DNA of 64,000 nucleotides, taken from the NCBI GenBank assembly GCA_016204255.1, contig JACQLA010000003.1:106255-170254 (forward strand). The letters are read 5' to 3'. A program made the translations under genes and the position numbers. Under the pieces are notes generated by a model. That model was not told where the DNA came from, ran no database searches, and was given only the letters and a program-made list of their open reading frames with translations. The stretch comes from Candidatus Microgenomates bacterium. Its GTDB lineage: Bacteria > Patescibacteriota > Microgenomatia > JACQLA01. Of the stretch, positions 62,953 through 64,000 are shown one piece after another (within the stretch, counting starts at the first letter, position 1; each line of letters starts with the position of its first letter).

Positions 62953-63204
62953 ATGGCAGTCAAAATACGTCTTTCACGAAAAGGAACAAAACATAAACCA
63001 TTCTACCGGCTGGTAGTTATGCCGTCTCAAAATAAAAGAGACGGAAAATTTATCGAGGTTTTAGGCTTTTATGATCCCAAGGTTCAGCCGCCTAAAATCA
63101 AGGTGGATCAAAAAAGGCTGGAATATTGGCTTTCGTGTGGTGCCCAAAAAACAGAGGGTGTTCGCAAAATTCTCGATCCAAAAACCTCTCCATCCGCAAA
63201 ATGA
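62953..63204 (+). CDS. rpsP: Ribosomal protein S16
   Basis: [22 protein letters not shown]... typical S16. Confidence 0.95.
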   Translation: MAVKIRLSRKGTKHKPFYRLVVMPSQNKRDGKFIEVLGFYDPKVQPPKIKVDQKRLEYWLSCGAQKTEGVRKILDPKTSPSAK

Positions 63205-63434
63205 AAGATTTAGCCCTATTTTTAATTAAATCTATTGTTGATTCTCCCGACGCAGTAACCGTGAATGAAGTTCAGGAGGGAAATTTTACAAGAATCTCTT
63301 TCTCGGTTGCTAGTGAAGATGCCGGTAAAGTCATCGGTAAAAAAGGAAAGATTATAAAATCCCTAAGAAACGTCATAAGAATTTTAGCCCTCAAAGAGGG
63401 AAAAAAGTTTTCTCTCGAGCTTAACGAAGCTTAA
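63201..63434 (+). CDS. KH-domain RNA-binding protein (YlqC/UPF0109)
   Basis: ATG 63201 overlaps the rpsP stop (ATGA). [17 protein letters not shown] is the KH GxxG loop. Confidence 0.85.
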   Translation: MKDLALFLIKSIVDSPDAVTVNEVQEGNFTRISFSVASEDAGKVIGKKGKIIKSLRNVIRILALKEGKKFSLELNEA

Positions 63435-63442
63435 CAGCTCTA

Positions 63443-64000
63443 ATGCACATCTCCATTTTAACTCTTTTCCCGGAAATGTTTCAGGGACCATTTGATTTTT
63501 CAATCATTAAGCGTGCCGTTGGAAAAAATCTTTTAAAAATTGATTTAATTAATATCCGCGCTTTTTCTTCCGACCGGCATAAAACGGTGGATGATCATCC
63601 TTATGGCGGAGGGGCGGGAATGGTACTTAAGGTTGATGTTTTAGACCGCGCTCTCCAATCATCCCTCCGCAACGAGGTTAAACCCGAAACTAGGTTAAAC
63701 CTCGTAAAAACAAGGAGAAGATCTGCCAGAAAAACGCGGATAGTTCTTCTTGACCCACAGGGAAAAACATTTACACAAAAAAAGGCCTGGCAATTGGCCA
63801 AACTTAATGAGCTTATTTTAATCTGCGGGCATTACGAAGGGATTGATGAAAGAATTAGAAAATTGGTTGATGAAGAAATCTCTATCGGCGACTATATTTT
63901 AACTGGTGGAGAAATTCCAGCAATGGTTGTTGTCGACGCGATAACAAGGCTCATCCCTGGCGTCCTCACCAAAAAAGAGGCCACTCAATTCGAGTCCTTC
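63443..64000 (+). CDS. trmD: tRNA (guanine37-N1)-methyltransferase TrmD, partial (runs off the right edge)
   Basis: [44 protein letters not shown]. Carries a ~25-aa basic insertion ([19 protein letters not shown]). Confidence 0.9.
   Translation, partial: MHISILTLFPEMFQGPFDFSIIKRAVGKNLLKIDLINIRAFSSDRHKTVDDHPYGGGAGMVLKVDVLDRALQSSLRNEVKPETRLNLVKTRRRSARKTRIVLLDPQGKTFTQKKAWQLAKLNELILICGHYEGIDERIRKLVDEEISIGDYILTGGEIPAMVVVDAITRLIPGVLTKKEATQFESF

Noticed and set aside
1-64000. Possible alternative genetic code (UGA as Gly or Trp, as in some CPR lineages)
   Set aside because: Well-supported genes end in TGA at the expected length (rpsP at 63202-63204, rpmI at 50253-50255). Conserved proteins show no in-frame TGA interruptions.

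Overview
This is a 64-kb, AT-rich, tightly packed bacterial window. It reads with the standard code: TAA, TAG and TGA all end well-supported genes, and rpsP and rpmI end in TGA. All calls come from hand translation, hand folding and remembered family motifs. No search or program was run.

The gene content looks like a Candidate Phyla Radiation (Patescibacteria) genome, which is inference only. The signs are a trigger factor without a PPIase domain, a ThrRS without a TGS domain, a pilin-like C-terminal domain on a membrane protein, a 1005-aa DUF2341/LamG surface protein, almost no metabolism, and many orphan ORFs.

Layout:
- 1-6 kb: two histidine kinases, an acyl-ACP-reductase-like oxidoreductase and a polytopic membrane protein.
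- 6-21 kb: orphan, secreted and membrane proteins mixed with tRNA genes, plus corA and a cyclophilin.
- 21-35 kb: mntP, a TerC-like protein, the giant surface protein, typA, two orphan genes, a glycosyltransferase, an RRM-DEAD helicase and sugar-nucleotide-type enzymes.
- 35-42 kb: tRNA arrays with embedded nuclease ORFs, peptidase and hydrolase genes, and two SLT-like paralogs.
- 42-64 kb: a MacAB-like ABC efflux operon, then a housekeeping block (tig, thrS-infC-rpmI-rplT, pheST, PBP1A, tyrS, recG, rpmF, nusB, ACP-like, rnc, rpsP, KH protein, trmD).

I fold 13 canonical tRNA genes.

Most unusual observations:
1. A tRNA whose two perfectly complementary halves are separated by 142 nt that contain an entire tRNA-Pro gene.
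2. Several 5' fragments of tRNA-Leu genes carrying GC-rich nested hairpin insertions, sitting just upstream of intact tRNA-Leu genes. One pair brackets a GIY-YIG nuclease ORF.
3. HNH and LAGLIDADG-like nuclease ORFs that read into the 5' ends of tRNA genes.
4. A 1.4-kb single-gene insertion at the 3' end of typA. It is bounded by a diverged duplicate of the last ~63 nt of typA that differs only at synonymous positions.
5. A family of GTCATTTCGA...TCGAAATGAC inverted-repeat elements with seven full copies.
6. Several small or odd genes: a 42-aa classical C2H2 zinc finger, an ACP homolog lacking the phosphopantetheine serine, and an AAR-like enzyme.
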